The notes beneath the pieces are model-generated. The model did not search any database and was not told where the DNA came from. It saw nothing but the letters and a program-made list of their open reading frames with translations. The position numbers and the translations under genes were made by a program. 64,000 nt of DNA from Escherichia coli (lineage in GTDB: Bacteria; Pseudomonadota; Gammaproteobacteria; Enterobacterales; Enterobacteriaceae), in the NCBI GenBank assembly GCA_025544715.1, contig GCA_025544715.1_4109.1. One strand, 5' to 3'. Positions 52,922 to 62,085 of the stretch are shown piece by piece. The first letter of the stretch is position 1. The number at the start of each line of letters is the position of its first letter.

Positions 52922-53514
52922 TATACTTCCTTGAAAAATGTAATAAAATGTTCCATATGTTTTTCTGTGGCATTGCGTGAACCAATACCAGTCCAGTTTC
53001 CATGTGGAGGTGGAACCACGAATGATTGTTGGAACTCTTTCAGTACTGTATCGAAATAAAATACTGAACGTGAATTCATATCATAACAATAAATTTCAGG
53101 ATTTTCAACTGAATCCATATACATCTGTACTGCCCATGCAGTACCACCACTTACCTTAGTTGGTGATGTGATATTTGCAATACAATATATTCTTTCTGTA
53201 TTAAGTATCTGATAACTATTCCTTGCAAGTAAGTTGTAAACATAAGAACCAGGCTTCGGTACTTTTCGCTGTAACGAGTAACATGCAATGTTTAGTTGAT
53301 TTAATATAGAAATATCAGATAGAATATTGGATGGTATTTCTAATATAGTACTTTCATCTACACTATGCTCATGACCTTTGAATGAAAAATTAATAACTTC
53401 AAATCCATTATTTTTTGCATAGATAGAAAAAAGGCGGTCAGCACCTGCTGCCCCGCCACTAAAACATACATTAGATAAACCTTTTATTGCTTCATCTAAT
53501 TCATTCTTTTTCAT
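52921..53514 (-). CDS. Hypothetical Rossmann-like protein with SGGAAGAD loop (SLOG/DprA/YpsA-like?)
   Basis: 197 aa; stop overlaps the thyA start (TAATG); Gly-rich loop FSGGAAGADRLFS resembles the DprA/YpsA/LOG nucleotide-binding loop. Family assignment is a guess. Confidence 0.5.
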   Translation of the reverse strand: MKKNELDEAIKGLSNVCFSGGAAGADRLFSIYAKNNGFEVINFSFKGHEHSVDESTILEIPSNILSDISILNQLNIACYSLQRKVPKPGSYVYNLLARNSYQILNTERIYCIANITSPTKVSGGTAWAVQMYMDSVENPEIYCYDMNSRSVFYFDTVLKEFQQSFVVPPPHGNWTGIGSRNATEKHMEHFITFFKEV

Positions 53515-53517
53515 ATT

Positions 53518-54174
53518 TTATTTTGCTTTACGTTCTGCAAATAGTTGTTTTACTTTCTCAATAGCTTTAGTCTGTGAAATACCTTCTGGAATTTCTAGAT
53601 AAATTGTTTTACTATCTTTCGGTTGTTCAACAACTTGTGTTTGTGGACGCAAACTTGGCTCTAAATTATATGCACGTTCATAATGTTCTTTAGCCAGTTT
53701 TTCATATTTTTGTGCATCAGTGAGAAGTTGTTCTACAATAGTAGCTTCTTCTACTTTAGTGTCAGCTTCTTGTGGATTGAATGGGTTAAAGTCTTTTACT
53801 TTACCATCTTCTTGTACTTTTGCTTGATTTTCATCTAATGCTTTGTTTAGAACATCAAGAGAAATTTTATTATTACCACCAGTGTGCATATCAATGTCAC
53901 AAGTACGAACGCGACGTAGATGCTGCATATTGTGTAGAACATCTAGCATTTTGCGTCCATCGAGATAACCAATTTTATGCATTACTTCCCACAAATCAAT
54001 ATTAGATTGACCATGACCCATAACAATATCAGTTACTGCGTGAACATATGCTTCTGGTAGTGAATCACGATAAACAATAAGGCAGTGTTCAGGATCATCT
54101 GGTAGTGAACGCCAAACAACAAAAACACGAGAACCTGTATTACGCATTACACCAACATGACGAATAGCTGCCAT
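53518..54174 (-). CDS. Hypothetical protein (218 aa)
   Basis: Tightly packed in the same minus-strand operon. Confidence 0.5.
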   Translation of the reverse strand: MAAIRHVGVMRNTGSRVFVVWRSLPDDPEHCLIVYRDSLPEAYVHAVTDIVMGHGQSNIDLWEVMHKIGYLDGRKMLDVLHNMQHLRRVRTCDIDMHTGGNNKISLDVLNKALDENQAKVQEDGKVKDFNPFNPQEADTKVEEATIVEQLLTDAQKYEKLAKEHYERAYNLEPSLRPQTQVVEQPKDSKTIYLEIPEGISQTKAIEKVKQLFAERKAK

Positions 54175-54176
54175 AA

Positions 54177-54437
54177 TTATTCTCCTTTATCTTCTTGAGT
54201 TTCACTATCTTGTGATTCAGCTTCTTCTTTAGCTGCATCTTCTTGTGCTTTAATATCTTCAAGAGCTACATTTGCAAAAGAAACAAATTTAGATACAACT
54301 GGAGCAACCTCAACAAGTTCTTCAACTTTAAAGGTGTTTCGTGCAACAGCAGCTTCCATAATTTTTGCAGCATTGATTAGGTCTAGAAGGGTTAGTTGAA
54401 TTTGATTATTTTCTTGTTCCATTTTAATACTCTCCAT
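54177..54437 (-). CDS. Small acidic hypothetical protein (86 aa; may start at internal Met, 54422)
   Basis: Second ATG has a GGAGAG RBS; sigma70-like promoter immediately upstream. Confidence 0.4.
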   Translation of the reverse strand: MESIKMEQENNQIQLTLLDLINAAKIMEAAVARNTFKVEELVEVAPVVSKFVSFANVALEDIKAQEDAAKEEAESQDSETQEDKGE

Positions 54438-54445
54438 GTATATTG

Positions 54446-54473
54446 GTACATTAACTATTATATCATATTTTTA
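54446..54473 (-). promoter_or_regulatory. Sigma70-like promoter (-35 GGGACA, 16 nt, -10 TATAAT), same family
   Basis: Minus-strand reading: GGGACA-acttataaaaatatga-TATAAT; just upstream of the 86 aa gene and downstream of a minus-strand terminator. Confidence 0.5.
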
Positions 54474-54486
54474 TAAGTTGTCCCAC

Positions 54487-54520
54487 TTATAAAAAGAAGA
54501 GAACGGAAAATTCCGTTCTC
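54487..54520 (-). terminator. Rho-independent terminator (minus strand) after the vWA gene
   Basis: Minus-strand reading: GAGAACGG-aatttt-CCGTTCTC followed by TTCTTTTTATAA. Confidence 0.7.
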
Positions 54521-54532
54521 ATTATTTAGTAC

Positions 54533-55957
54533 TTAACTACGTTGACGCTTTTTATCAGCTTCATATTCGTAGTGTACAGTCTCACCAAATGGTGCAACTT
54601 TATTTGGGTTACTGTGAATCACGAACAGTGTTTTACAGTAGTTTGGATCACCCCACGACTGCCACGGTTCACCATCTGTAAACATTACAAGCTGTTTAGG
54701 CTTGTAGTTGTCGTTCTTCATATGAACCCATACTGCTTCAAAGTCAGTACCACCACCACCTTTTACTGGATATTCCAGAATCTTACGTTCTTCGCCAGTT
54801 TTGTAATCCTTTACAGTATAAACTTCAGTATCAAAAGTCATGATACGAATCTTAAACTGTTTGAATTGTTTAGTGATACCTAGAACTTCACTAATGAAAT
54901 CACGAAGCATATCTTCAGAAATAGATCCAGAAGCATCTAGTGCAATCGCAATATCAATGTCATCATCTGGTTTCATCCCTGGGTAAATTGGATTACCATA
55001 GAATGAACCATTAGAACCAAAACCTGCACCCCAAGAACGACGATTCGGATTTTGATATGTTGCATCAGACTTCAACCAACTACGAAGTGTGCGTTGAAGT
55101 TTTGAACGCCAGTCAATCTTTGGTTCTTTAAAGTTGTTAATCATACGAGCGATTTCTGCTGGTGTACCACCTGCACGAGCAGCATTCATCATTGCTGTTT
55201 TGAAATCATCCATGTAATCACGTTTTTGTTTCTCACTTGAACCACCCTCTTGACCTTCTTGTGGAACGTCATGCTGGTCAATTGTAGTACCTTTTGGTTT
55301 ACCCTTACCATCTTTAATATCGCCAAAAGTACCGCGATTTTTACCTTCACCTTCGCTACCACCACTTTGTGGTTGACCTTCACCTTCACCATCTTCTTTT
55401 TGTTCTTCTTCTTCAAGAAGAATGTAAATCTCTTCTGCGGTCATACCTTCATATTTTTTATCATACAACCATGAACTTTGGATTTTTCCAATTTTCTCAC
55501 GAACGATGATTTGGTTAATGGCATAATCCGCTGCACGGTTATAACGTTGTGGATCACGCATACCACGACGAAGGAAGTGATCGTAAGCACAGTGTAGAAT
55601 TTCATGACAAATTACAGCAATAAGGTTTTCATCAGTCAAACCTTCAGTCATTTCTTTTAATTGTTCGTCTGTAACTTCAGGGTGCTTTTCACGAATAGCT
55701 TCTTCATATTCTTTCTTTTTAGATGGGTCTTGAATGCCCATTACAAATTCTACGTTGTAGAATAGATGTTTACCATCCACTGCTAGAGTACGACACCATG
55801 TATTATTAGGAACTGGACGTAAACGTGAAGCGAGTACGCCAAAGAATGGTGCAGTTAACATCAAAGATGTACGAGCCAGAACCAGACGATCTTGACATTC
55901 TTTCTGAAGTGCAGGAGATACTTCATTGAATATGGAAGTAGATTTGTTATCTGACAT
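54533..55957 (-). CDS. vWA-domain protein with N-terminal zincin-like metallopeptidase motif (DUF2201-vWA type)
   Basis: 474 aa; HEILH (HExxH) in N-terminal half; vWA MIDAS motif DASGS in C-terminal half; acidic Gly-rich linker. Confidence 0.75.
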   Translation of the reverse strand: MSDNKSTSIFNEVSPALQKECQDRLVLARTSLMLTAPFFGVLASRLRPVPNNTWCRTLAVDGKHLFYNVEFVMGIQDPSKKKEYEEAIREKHPEVTDEQLKEMTEGLTDENLIAVICHEILHCAYDHFLRRGMRDPQRYNRAADYAINQIIVREKIGKIQSSWLYDKKYEGMTAEEIYILLEEEEQKEDGEGEGQPQSGGSEGEGKNRGTFGDIKDGKGKPKGTTIDQHDVPQEGQEGGSSEKQKRDYMDDFKTAMMNAARAGGTPAEIARMINNFKEPKIDWRSKLQRTLRSWLKSDATYQNPNRRSWGAGFGSNGSFYGNPIYPGMKPDDDIDIAIALDASGSISEDMLRDFISEVLGITKQFKQFKIRIMTFDTEVYTVKDYKTGEERKILEYPVKGGGGTDFEAVWVHMKNDNYKPKQLVMFTDGEPWQSWGDPNYCKTLFVIHSNPNKVAPFGETVHYEYEADKKRQRS

Positions 55958-56031
55958 GTATATTTCCTCGTTTAGTTAAGATAAAAGAAGGATACCATTA
56001 GGCATCCTTCTTGTCAACAACTCTTTGTTAA

Positions 56032-57357
56032 TTAGCCAAGAGAGCGTGCTTTACGTACAAGTTCAGAGTACTTAGCGATGAAATCTTTAAACGCTGGTAC
56101 ATCTTTAATGGAAATCGCAACCTTATGAAGCGTGATGGTACGAATTGCCAGTACTGCCAGTTCTGCTTGAGTTGCAGAGAAGTTATGGTCTAGGAAGGTG
56201 ATGAAGTTGTTACACAGTTTACCCCATTCTTCCACTGGTAGACGTTGTTCTTGCTTCTCATTGAACAGGTCGATAATTTTATAAACCAAGTTCAGAGTGA
56301 TAAAGTAGTTCGCAGAAATATCCAGCGTTGCGTCGATTTCTTTGATTTCACCAGACAGAATAGACATAGTATCTGGTAGTTTAGCAACGTTCTCAACGTA
56401 CTCAATGTATTCAGTCGCAACACCTTCACCAACACGACCAGCAATCATTGCACGGAACACTTCTTTATCAATTGTCTTATTTTTCTTGAGATCTTCGTAG
56501 CGTGCTACTGCTTCCCATGAACGTGGAGAAGTACCACCGCTGTGAGAAGGATCTTGTGGGCTAAGTGTGTTAAAGTACTTAGAACCAGTGTTGTTGATGA
56601 ACGCAACAGTTGCTGGGTTCAAACGTTTTGCAATCGCATAATCGTTAATCCAATCTTGATGATAAGGAATCATCTCAATGTGAGTCATACGGTCACGCAG
56701 TGGTGTAGCAAGAGAGAACGTTACACCGCCATCAGTTTCACGGTTACCTGCTGCAAGAATCAGTGCAGTCTTAGGTAGCTTCATCTCACCAACACAACGG
56801 TCGAGGATTAGCTGATAAGACGCTGCCTGAACAATAGGCATTGCAGAGTTAATTTCGTCAAACAGAATAACACCTTTCCAATCTTCGGACAATTTCAGTA
56901 CTTTAGGTGCAGCCCATACTACCGCTGTTTCAGCTACATAATCTTTTGCTTCGGCAAGCTCAGATTCTTTCAGAAGAGAACCGTCAGTTTTACGGAAAAG
57001 CTTCTCTGGAACTGGAATACCGCGAAGGTCACTTGGTTCAATTTGAGACAAACGGAAATCGATAAAGTTAGTATCTTGGTCGATTAGTTTTGCTTCAAAT
57101 GCAGCCAGTTCACGGCGTAGCTGATCAGCATTTTCAGGGTCAGCTTCGATTTGTTGTTTCATGAACTCGATTTTAGCTACGTTATCTTTACGCAGTGGGT
57201 AATTTTCATCAGCATATTGACGAGCGATAGCAGACTTACCGATACCTGGGCTACCCCAAATCATCAGGCTATCTTGAATCATGTCAGCCAGTGCCATTGC
57301 TTCTTTAGCTTTCTTTGGAGTCAGTTTAACGTTCAGGATATCGTTTTGAGTAGTCAT
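56032..57357 (-). CDS. MoxR/CbbQ/CobS-like AAA+ ATPase (AAA_5 type)
   Basis: 441 aa; Walker A GSPGIGKS, Walker B ILFDEINS; AGGAAA RBS; immediately upstream of the vWA gene. Confidence 0.8.
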   Translation of the reverse strand: MTTQNDILNVKLTPKKAKEAMALADMIQDSLMIWGSPGIGKSAIARQYADENYPLRKDNVAKIEFMKQQIEADPENADQLRRELAAFEAKLIDQDTNFIDFRLSQIEPSDLRGIPVPEKLFRKTDGSLLKESELAEAKDYVAETAVVWAAPKVLKLSEDWKGVILFDEINSAMPIVQAASYQLILDRCVGEMKLPKTALILAAGNRETDGGVTFSLATPLRDRMTHIEMIPYHQDWINDYAIAKRLNPATVAFINNTGSKYFNTLSPQDPSHSGGTSPRSWEAVARYEDLKKNKTIDKEVFRAMIAGRVGEGVATEYIEYVENVAKLPDTMSILSGEIKEIDATLDISANYFITLNLVYKIIDLFNEKQEQRLPVEEWGKLCNNFITFLDHNFSATQAELAVLAIRTITLHKVAISIKDVPAFKDFIAKYSELVRKARSLG

Positions 57358-57526
57358 GTATATATTTCCTTTTGTTGGATAAAATCGTTTAAGTTTCTAT
57401 TATAGCCAATCCGTGGGCAAAAGTAAAGGAACTGTGTTAAAATAATTTAACTTATCAGTTCCTTTGTTACTTCATGAATCATCCGTGTGTTTAAAAGGTA
57501 AATCTCTTTGCTGTCTTGATGTGAAC

Positions 57527-57554
57527 ATTATATCACATCGTTTCAACTTGTCAA
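57527..57554 (-). promoter_or_regulatory. Sigma70 consensus promoter (-35 TTGACA, 16 nt, -10 TATAAT), proximal copy
   Basis: Minus-strand reading: TTGACA-agttgaaacgatgtga-TATAAT; about 170 nt upstream of the AAA+ ATPase start. Confidence 0.65.
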
Positions 57555-57621
57555 TCACTTTTTTTCTTTTTTTTTTCAAACTCACATCTTGTGACGCTTG
57601 AAAACTTTATGTATGATGCTT

Positions 57622-57649
57622 ATTATATCACATCATTCTATCTTGTCAA
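57622..57649 (-). promoter_or_regulatory. Sigma70 consensus promoter (-35 TTGACA, 16 nt, -10 TATAAT), distal tandem copy
   Basis: Minus-strand reading: TTGACA-agatagaatgatgtga-TATAAT; 95 bp upstream of the proximal copy. Confidence 0.65.
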
Positions 57650-57672
57650 CATTTATTTTTAATTCATTTTTC

Positions 57673-58053
57673 TTACATATGAATAGAAAATAACTGTTTA
57701 AAATCATCACAACACAATGTTAATTCAGTTATTATCATTGCATCTGTCAGATATATGTACTGACCTTCAACATAGTAAGGTGAAGTACATATTCTGTCAA
57801 GTGATGTAAACATTATAGAACTTTTAAATTCTCTTTGCAAGGGGATTTTTGTAAATTCATAAAGATTATTTTCTTTACAAATTCCATATCCAAACTTACT
57901 AAGACGTAAACCACCGCCAGTTCTGAAATTTTCAAAAATTGACATCAGAAGCATACGGTCTGTTATTTCTGAATCTGATTCATGTACTTCCCTAACTTTG
58001 GAAAGTACATTATTTTGATATTCAGTACTGTTATGTGATGGTTCTGGAAACAT
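57673..58053 (-). CDS. Hypothetical protein (126 aa)
   Basis: ORF in the minus-strand cluster. Confidence 0.45.
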   Translation of the reverse strand: MFPEPSHNSTEYQNNVLSKVREVHESDSEITDRMLLMSIFENFRTGGGLRLSKFGYGICKENNLYEFTKIPLQREFKSSIMFTSLDRICTSPYYVEGQYIYLTDAMIITELTLCCDDFKQLFSIHM

Positions 58054-58056
58054 ATA

Positions 58057-58452
58057 TTAGTCTCCAACAAAACCTTGACGTGCAGCATAAGATGGTGCAC
58101 CAGGTTCATTATAGTGTTGTACACCTTCTTTGTCAATTGTTGGTCCCATACCTTCAGTACCAAAACAACCTGCAATGGCTTCCAACACTTCATCATCAGC
58201 AACTTCAGTACTTTCATCATTATATCGAATGTCAGACAAAATGTCACAGGCTTTTTGTAGTTTATCTACAATTTCTTTTTGGTCTTCACCAGATTTAATC
58301 TTATCAACAATGTTAATAAGACATTTGGTAATATCCTTAAGAACATCAACTGCTACAACATCGGATTCAACTTCAACTGAAAAACTTTCGTCTTCATCTC
58401 TTCCGGTAATTTCGTCTAACGCTTCAACTAGTTCACGATAATTATATTGCAT
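58057..58452 (-). CDS. Hypothetical acidic protein (131 aa)
   Basis: ORF in the minus-strand cluster; Asp/Glu-rich. Confidence 0.45.
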   Translation of the reverse strand: MQYNYRELVEALDEITGRDEDESFSVEVESDVVAVDVLKDITKCLINIVDKIKSGEDQKEIVDKLQKACDILSDIRYNDESTEVADDEVLEAIAGCFGTEGMGPTIDKEGVQHYNEPGAPSYAARQGFVGD

Positions 58453-58453
58453 A

Positions 58454-59434
58454 TTATTTGTCTCCTAAAAATTTCTTGTATTTTTCTTGGAGACTTTCAA
58501 AAATATCTTCTACTTCTTCATCAGAATCATCTTCCAAGTCAATGTTACCTTCAGGTGAATCATCTTCTTCACTTTCATTAACATTTAGTGGGTTATCTCC
58601 TAATGCAGTGCCTGGGAATTTTGGTTCAAATTTATGAACACGATTTTCGTTCCCTTCATTATCATAATACTCAGGTTCTGGACGATTGTCAAGATCTTCA
58701 TCTACAACACGTCTCCAATAAAACTGATTGCCTTTTGCAATTACAACAAAATGGTCACCTTCAACACCATTAGTCTTTAGTTGACCATCACGAACTGCAT
58801 CAGCTTCTGTTCCATATGGACCGTAATCAGTACTGTTAGATGGTTCTTCATCTTCAGAGATACTTAGATCTGGTAGAAATTGGGTATCTTTCATTTCTTT
58901 ATCGGTGGCAGGATTACCCTCTACGGAAAAATCTTCGTCTTCTTCTTCGTTAATACCAGCAAGGGATAGCATACGACTAAAATCGAATTCTTCTTCAATA
59001 ATTTCTTCTTCTTCCTCATCGTCTTCTTCAACTGATTCTAGTTGAGGTTGACCACTAAGGTCAAGAGAAAAATCTTCTTCACCTTCTACACCTGGTTCTG
59101 AAAATTCAGCATCCATACTAACTTCATCTGAGTCAGCACCAAAATCACCAACATCAGCGGAAAGATCATCAACTGCCGCTGCTAGTGGGTCTTCAACTGA
59201 AGTTTCAATTCCACCAATTTCTTCTTCAGCACCAATAGAATCTAGATCTAGTGGAGCAATAGGTGGAAGAGATGGAGTCATAGACCCCATTGATGGTACT
59301 GGAGCAGCAACAACTGGGTCTTGACGTTCAGCTTGACCAGCAAGTGCTAACATACGTGATAGTGTTTCCAAATCATCAGATTCTAAACCTGCGATATCGA
59401 TTTTAACTTGTGCTTCATTAATTTTTTTAGCCAT
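58454..59434 (-). CDS. Highly acidic hypothetical protein (326 aa) with repeated RML(A/S)LAG motif
   Basis: Long Asp/Glu runs (EEDDEEEEEIIEEE); two copies of SRMLALAG / SRMLSLAG. Confidence 0.5.
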   Translation of the reverse strand: MAKKINEAQVKIDIAGLESDDLETLSRMLALAGQAERQDPVVAAPVPSMGSMTPSLPPIAPLDLDSIGAEEEIGGIETSVEDPLAAAVDDLSADVGDFGADSDEVSMDAEFSEPGVEGEEDFSLDLSGQPQLESVEEDDEEEEEIIEEEFDFSRMLSLAGINEEEDEDFSVEGNPATDKEMKDTQFLPDLSISEDEEPSNSTDYGPYGTEADAVRDGQLKTNGVEGDHFVVIAKGNQFYWRRVVDEDLDNRPEPEYYDNEGNENRVHKFEPKFPGTALGDNPLNVNESEEDDSPEGNIDLEDDSDEEVEDIFESLQEKYKKFLGDK

Positions 59435-59456
59435 TTTAAATAAATCCTTTTAGTTA

Positions 59457-60962
59457 TCAATCATTATTATTTAATGATTTTAAAATTTGCACTGTTTCAT
59501 CCTTTTTACCTGAAAGTAAAATGTCAGCAGCAAGTAGAGAAACCTCATCACCACGAGTTAGAAGTACTGTGATTTTTTTAGCATAAGGTGACTCTTTAAT
59601 TTTAGAAGCTAATGATTGTACGTCATCACCAGCAATTGTTTCAGATTTAGTTTCTGGTTCGGAAACTTCGTCTGGTTTTTCTTCAGACTCTGGTTCTTTC
59701 TTAGGTTCTTCTTTTGATTGAATTTGATCAGTACTAGAATCATCTGGTTTTACATCATCTTTATCTTCTTCATACTTAGCAAGTAATTTAGCTGCGGTTG
59801 CTTTCGGAATAAATTTACCATCAGCACTAATGAATCGGTCACCACCAACATAAAAATATTCTTTGCCTTGTTTGGATTTAACTTTTGTTCCAATTTTCAT
59901 AGCACCAGAATTGTTATGACGGAAAATGTCACGTTGGGCTGCTCTTTCAACACTTTTAGAAGCACTCGTGTTAAGTTGCTTTTTACTTTCAATATCATAC
60001 CACAAGTTATTTTTCTTAGTGTATGTTTTTCCTTTAGAAGAAGTCATTCTATAACCATCAGGTACTGTAATACTTTCAAATTCTTCAATTTCTTCATCTG
60101 CTTCATTAATTGATTCTTTGGTTGCAAATACAGGCTGTTTAACAGGTTGTGTTGATTGTTGTGGCTTTTCACCTGATCCAAAACGCTGTTCACTGTGTTC
60201 TTGTTCACCAGTTAAGGTAGGAAAATCACTTGGGTTGTTCTTCACAAATTGCTGATATGCATTAATAATGGAATGTGCACTTTGTTCAGGAATTACAACG
60301 TTGCCATCATTATCACAAAATTCTTTACCATTCCACTCACAACGGGTATTGCCTTGAACTAATGTTGATTTGATTGGAATTAATTTATTTTTTGAAGCCA
60401 ACTGACGAGCAATACGCATACCTTCATCGGAAAGCTTACGAGTCATTGCTGGATCAACTGGTCGGCCTGATTTTATATCAACAAAACGATGATTCTTTGG
60501 AATAAATTTAAAACCACTAACTTCCATACCTGCTGGAATTGAAATATCATCAGCATATGGTGGAAGAATATAGAATTTTAGTGCATTCCATTCTTTTTGA
60601 AGTGTTTCTTTCGAAACATTATATACTCGATGGTCATCAGCCATTAATTCTGTGATGAATTCACTTTCTGTTAATAGAATTCCATCTTTTGAGTTGAAAC
60701 GGTTTTCACCAATAAATGTACACTCTTTACCTTCAACAATATATTTGTTACCAATTTTATATTCATTTGAAGCTAGATTGTGCTCGACAATCTGTTGTCG
60801 AGCACTTGCGTACATGGATGGGTATTTTCTAGGGTCTACCATTAACATATTACAGTCATTGAACCAGAATCCTTCAAGAAATACATATTTTGCACCAGTA
60901 TGTGACGTATATACATATCCATTAGGAACGGTGGTAGTTTCAGTACTGAAAAAATTATCCAT
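59457..60962 (-). CDS. Hypothetical protein (501 aa) with internal duplication and acidic C-terminal region
   Basis: Two similar modules (VPNGYVYTSHTGAKY / VPDGYRMTSSKGKTY; YKIGNKYIVEGKE...DGILL / MKIGTKVKSKQGKE...DGKFI). Confidence 0.55.
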   Translation of the reverse strand: MDNFFSTETTTVPNGYVYTSHTGAKYVFLEGFWFNDCNMLMVDPRKYPSMYASARQQIVEHNLASNEYKIGNKYIVEGKECTFIGENRFNSKDGILLTESEFITELMADDHRVYNVSKETLQKEWNALKFYILPPYADDISIPAGMEVSGFKFIPKNHRFVDIKSGRPVDPAMTRKLSDEGMRIARQLASKNKLIPIKSTLVQGNTRCEWNGKEFCDNDGNVVIPEQSAHSIINAYQQFVKNNPSDFPTLTGEQEHSEQRFGSGEKPQQSTQPVKQPVFATKESINEADEEIEEFESITVPDGYRMTSSKGKTYTKKNNLWYDIESKKQLNTSASKSVERAAQRDIFRHNNSGAMKIGTKVKSKQGKEYFYVGGDRFISADGKFIPKATAAKLLAKYEEDKDDVKPDDSSTDQIQSKEEPKKEPESEEKPDEVSEPETKSETIAGDDVQSLASKIKESPYAKKITVLLTRGDEVSLLAADILLSGKKDETVQILKSLNNND

Positions 60963-60975
60963 GTGTTGATTCTCC

Positions 60976-61518
60976 TTAAGAAAGCATACGTAACAGTTGG
61001 TCGCGTTGCTCTGGACTTAATTTTTGTAGAGCATCAGGGATACTGGAACCTTGTGCTTTTGGTTGTTCTTGTTGTGCTGGTTGCTCTGGTGCATTTGTTT
61101 GTGACTGTTGTGGTTCGGAACGTTCTTCTTCCCCTTGTTGGTCACGGTAATCATTCATTAAATCACGAGCCGCATTTAATAGAGCACTACCTACATCTTT
61201 TGGTGTAAAAGAACGACGAGGATTGTTCCCTAAATGTTTAATATCAAGATTGTTACCTTTAAAAAACTGTGCAACATCAGCGTAAGGCACTGATGGTTGA
61301 GCTTTACCATATTTACGTCCAACATATCGTTTAAACTCGGCCCACAATCGGTTAGCTTCAGCACCAACCTCTTGTGCACCTTGTTCTATCTGTCCACTAC
61401 CAAAAAAGCCTTTTACTTTTCCTTTTGCACTATCAACTGCACTTTGTGAACGACTATAAGGACGAGCTTCATTTAACTCATTGTCTTCATAATCTAACAT
61501 TTCATTAAGTATACTCAT
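60976..61518 (-). CDS. Hypothetical protein (180 aa)
   Basis: ORF; Gln/Pro/Glu-rich C-terminal tail ending LLRMLS. Confidence 0.5.
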   Translation of the reverse strand: MSILNEMLDYEDNELNEARPYSRSQSAVDSAKGKVKGFFGSGQIEQGAQEVGAEANRLWAEFKRYVGRKYGKAQPSVPYADVAQFFKGNNLDIKHLGNNPRRSFTPKDVGSALLNAARDLMNDYRDQQGEEERSEPQQSQTNAPEQPAQQEQPKAQGSSIPDALQKLSPEQRDQLLRMLS

Positions 61519-61521
61519 GTG

Positions 61522-62058
61522 TTAATCCTTTTTACCAAAACCAGCACTCATATATTGAGAGTATTTATTGTCTTTTTTAGATGCTTCAATTGCATCATCA
61601 ACTGCTGTTTCAGCACGTTGTTGACCAGCTAAATCATAACTGTCTTCTGGTTTACCAAAATCTACACCAATAATTGGCTCATCAACATCATCAAAATCGA
61701 TATCATCTTCTAGGTCAGTCATTTCAATTTGACGAGGTTCATCTTTACTGCGTACACGAATCAGTGCTTCGGTCATACTTAGTAAATTACCGATTTCATA
61801 CATTAGTACGTTTGATTGAACACCACGATGACATTTAAAATCAAACATCCAAATTTCACCACAATCTAATTCATAGAAATCTAATGGTTTTTCCATAAAA
61901 ATTGTTTTCTTAAGTGCACCAATTTCAAATGCATCATAGCGGTCCATTAGTCGCTGTGTTACTTTACTAAGTTGTTCCGGTGATGGTTCAACTGCAAACT
62001 TAACTCGGTATTCATAAACTGGTTTTTTTTCAGTTAGGATTTGTTGTAATCTATTCAT
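61522..62058 (-). CDS. Hypothetical protein (178 aa)
   Basis: ORF in the minus-strand cluster. Confidence 0.5.
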   Translation of the reverse strand: MNRLQQILTEKKPVYEYRVKFAVEPSPEQLSKVTQRLMDRYDAFEIGALKKTIFMEKPLDFYELDCGEIWMFDFKCHRGVQSNVLMYEIGNLLSMTEALIRVRSKDEPRQIEMTDLEDDIDFDDVDEPIIGVDFGKPEDSYDLAGQQRAETAVDDAIEASKKDNKYSQYMSAGFGKKD

Positions 62059-62085
62059 TTTAATAACTCCATAAGGTCGTTTAAG

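Noticed and set aside
57963-58441. Overlapping ORFs 57963..58247 (-), 58035..58298 (+), 58075..58260 (+), 58130..58441 (+)
   Set aside because: They overlap the better-supported minus-strand genes 57673..58053 and 58057..58452 in alternative frames and have no start context.
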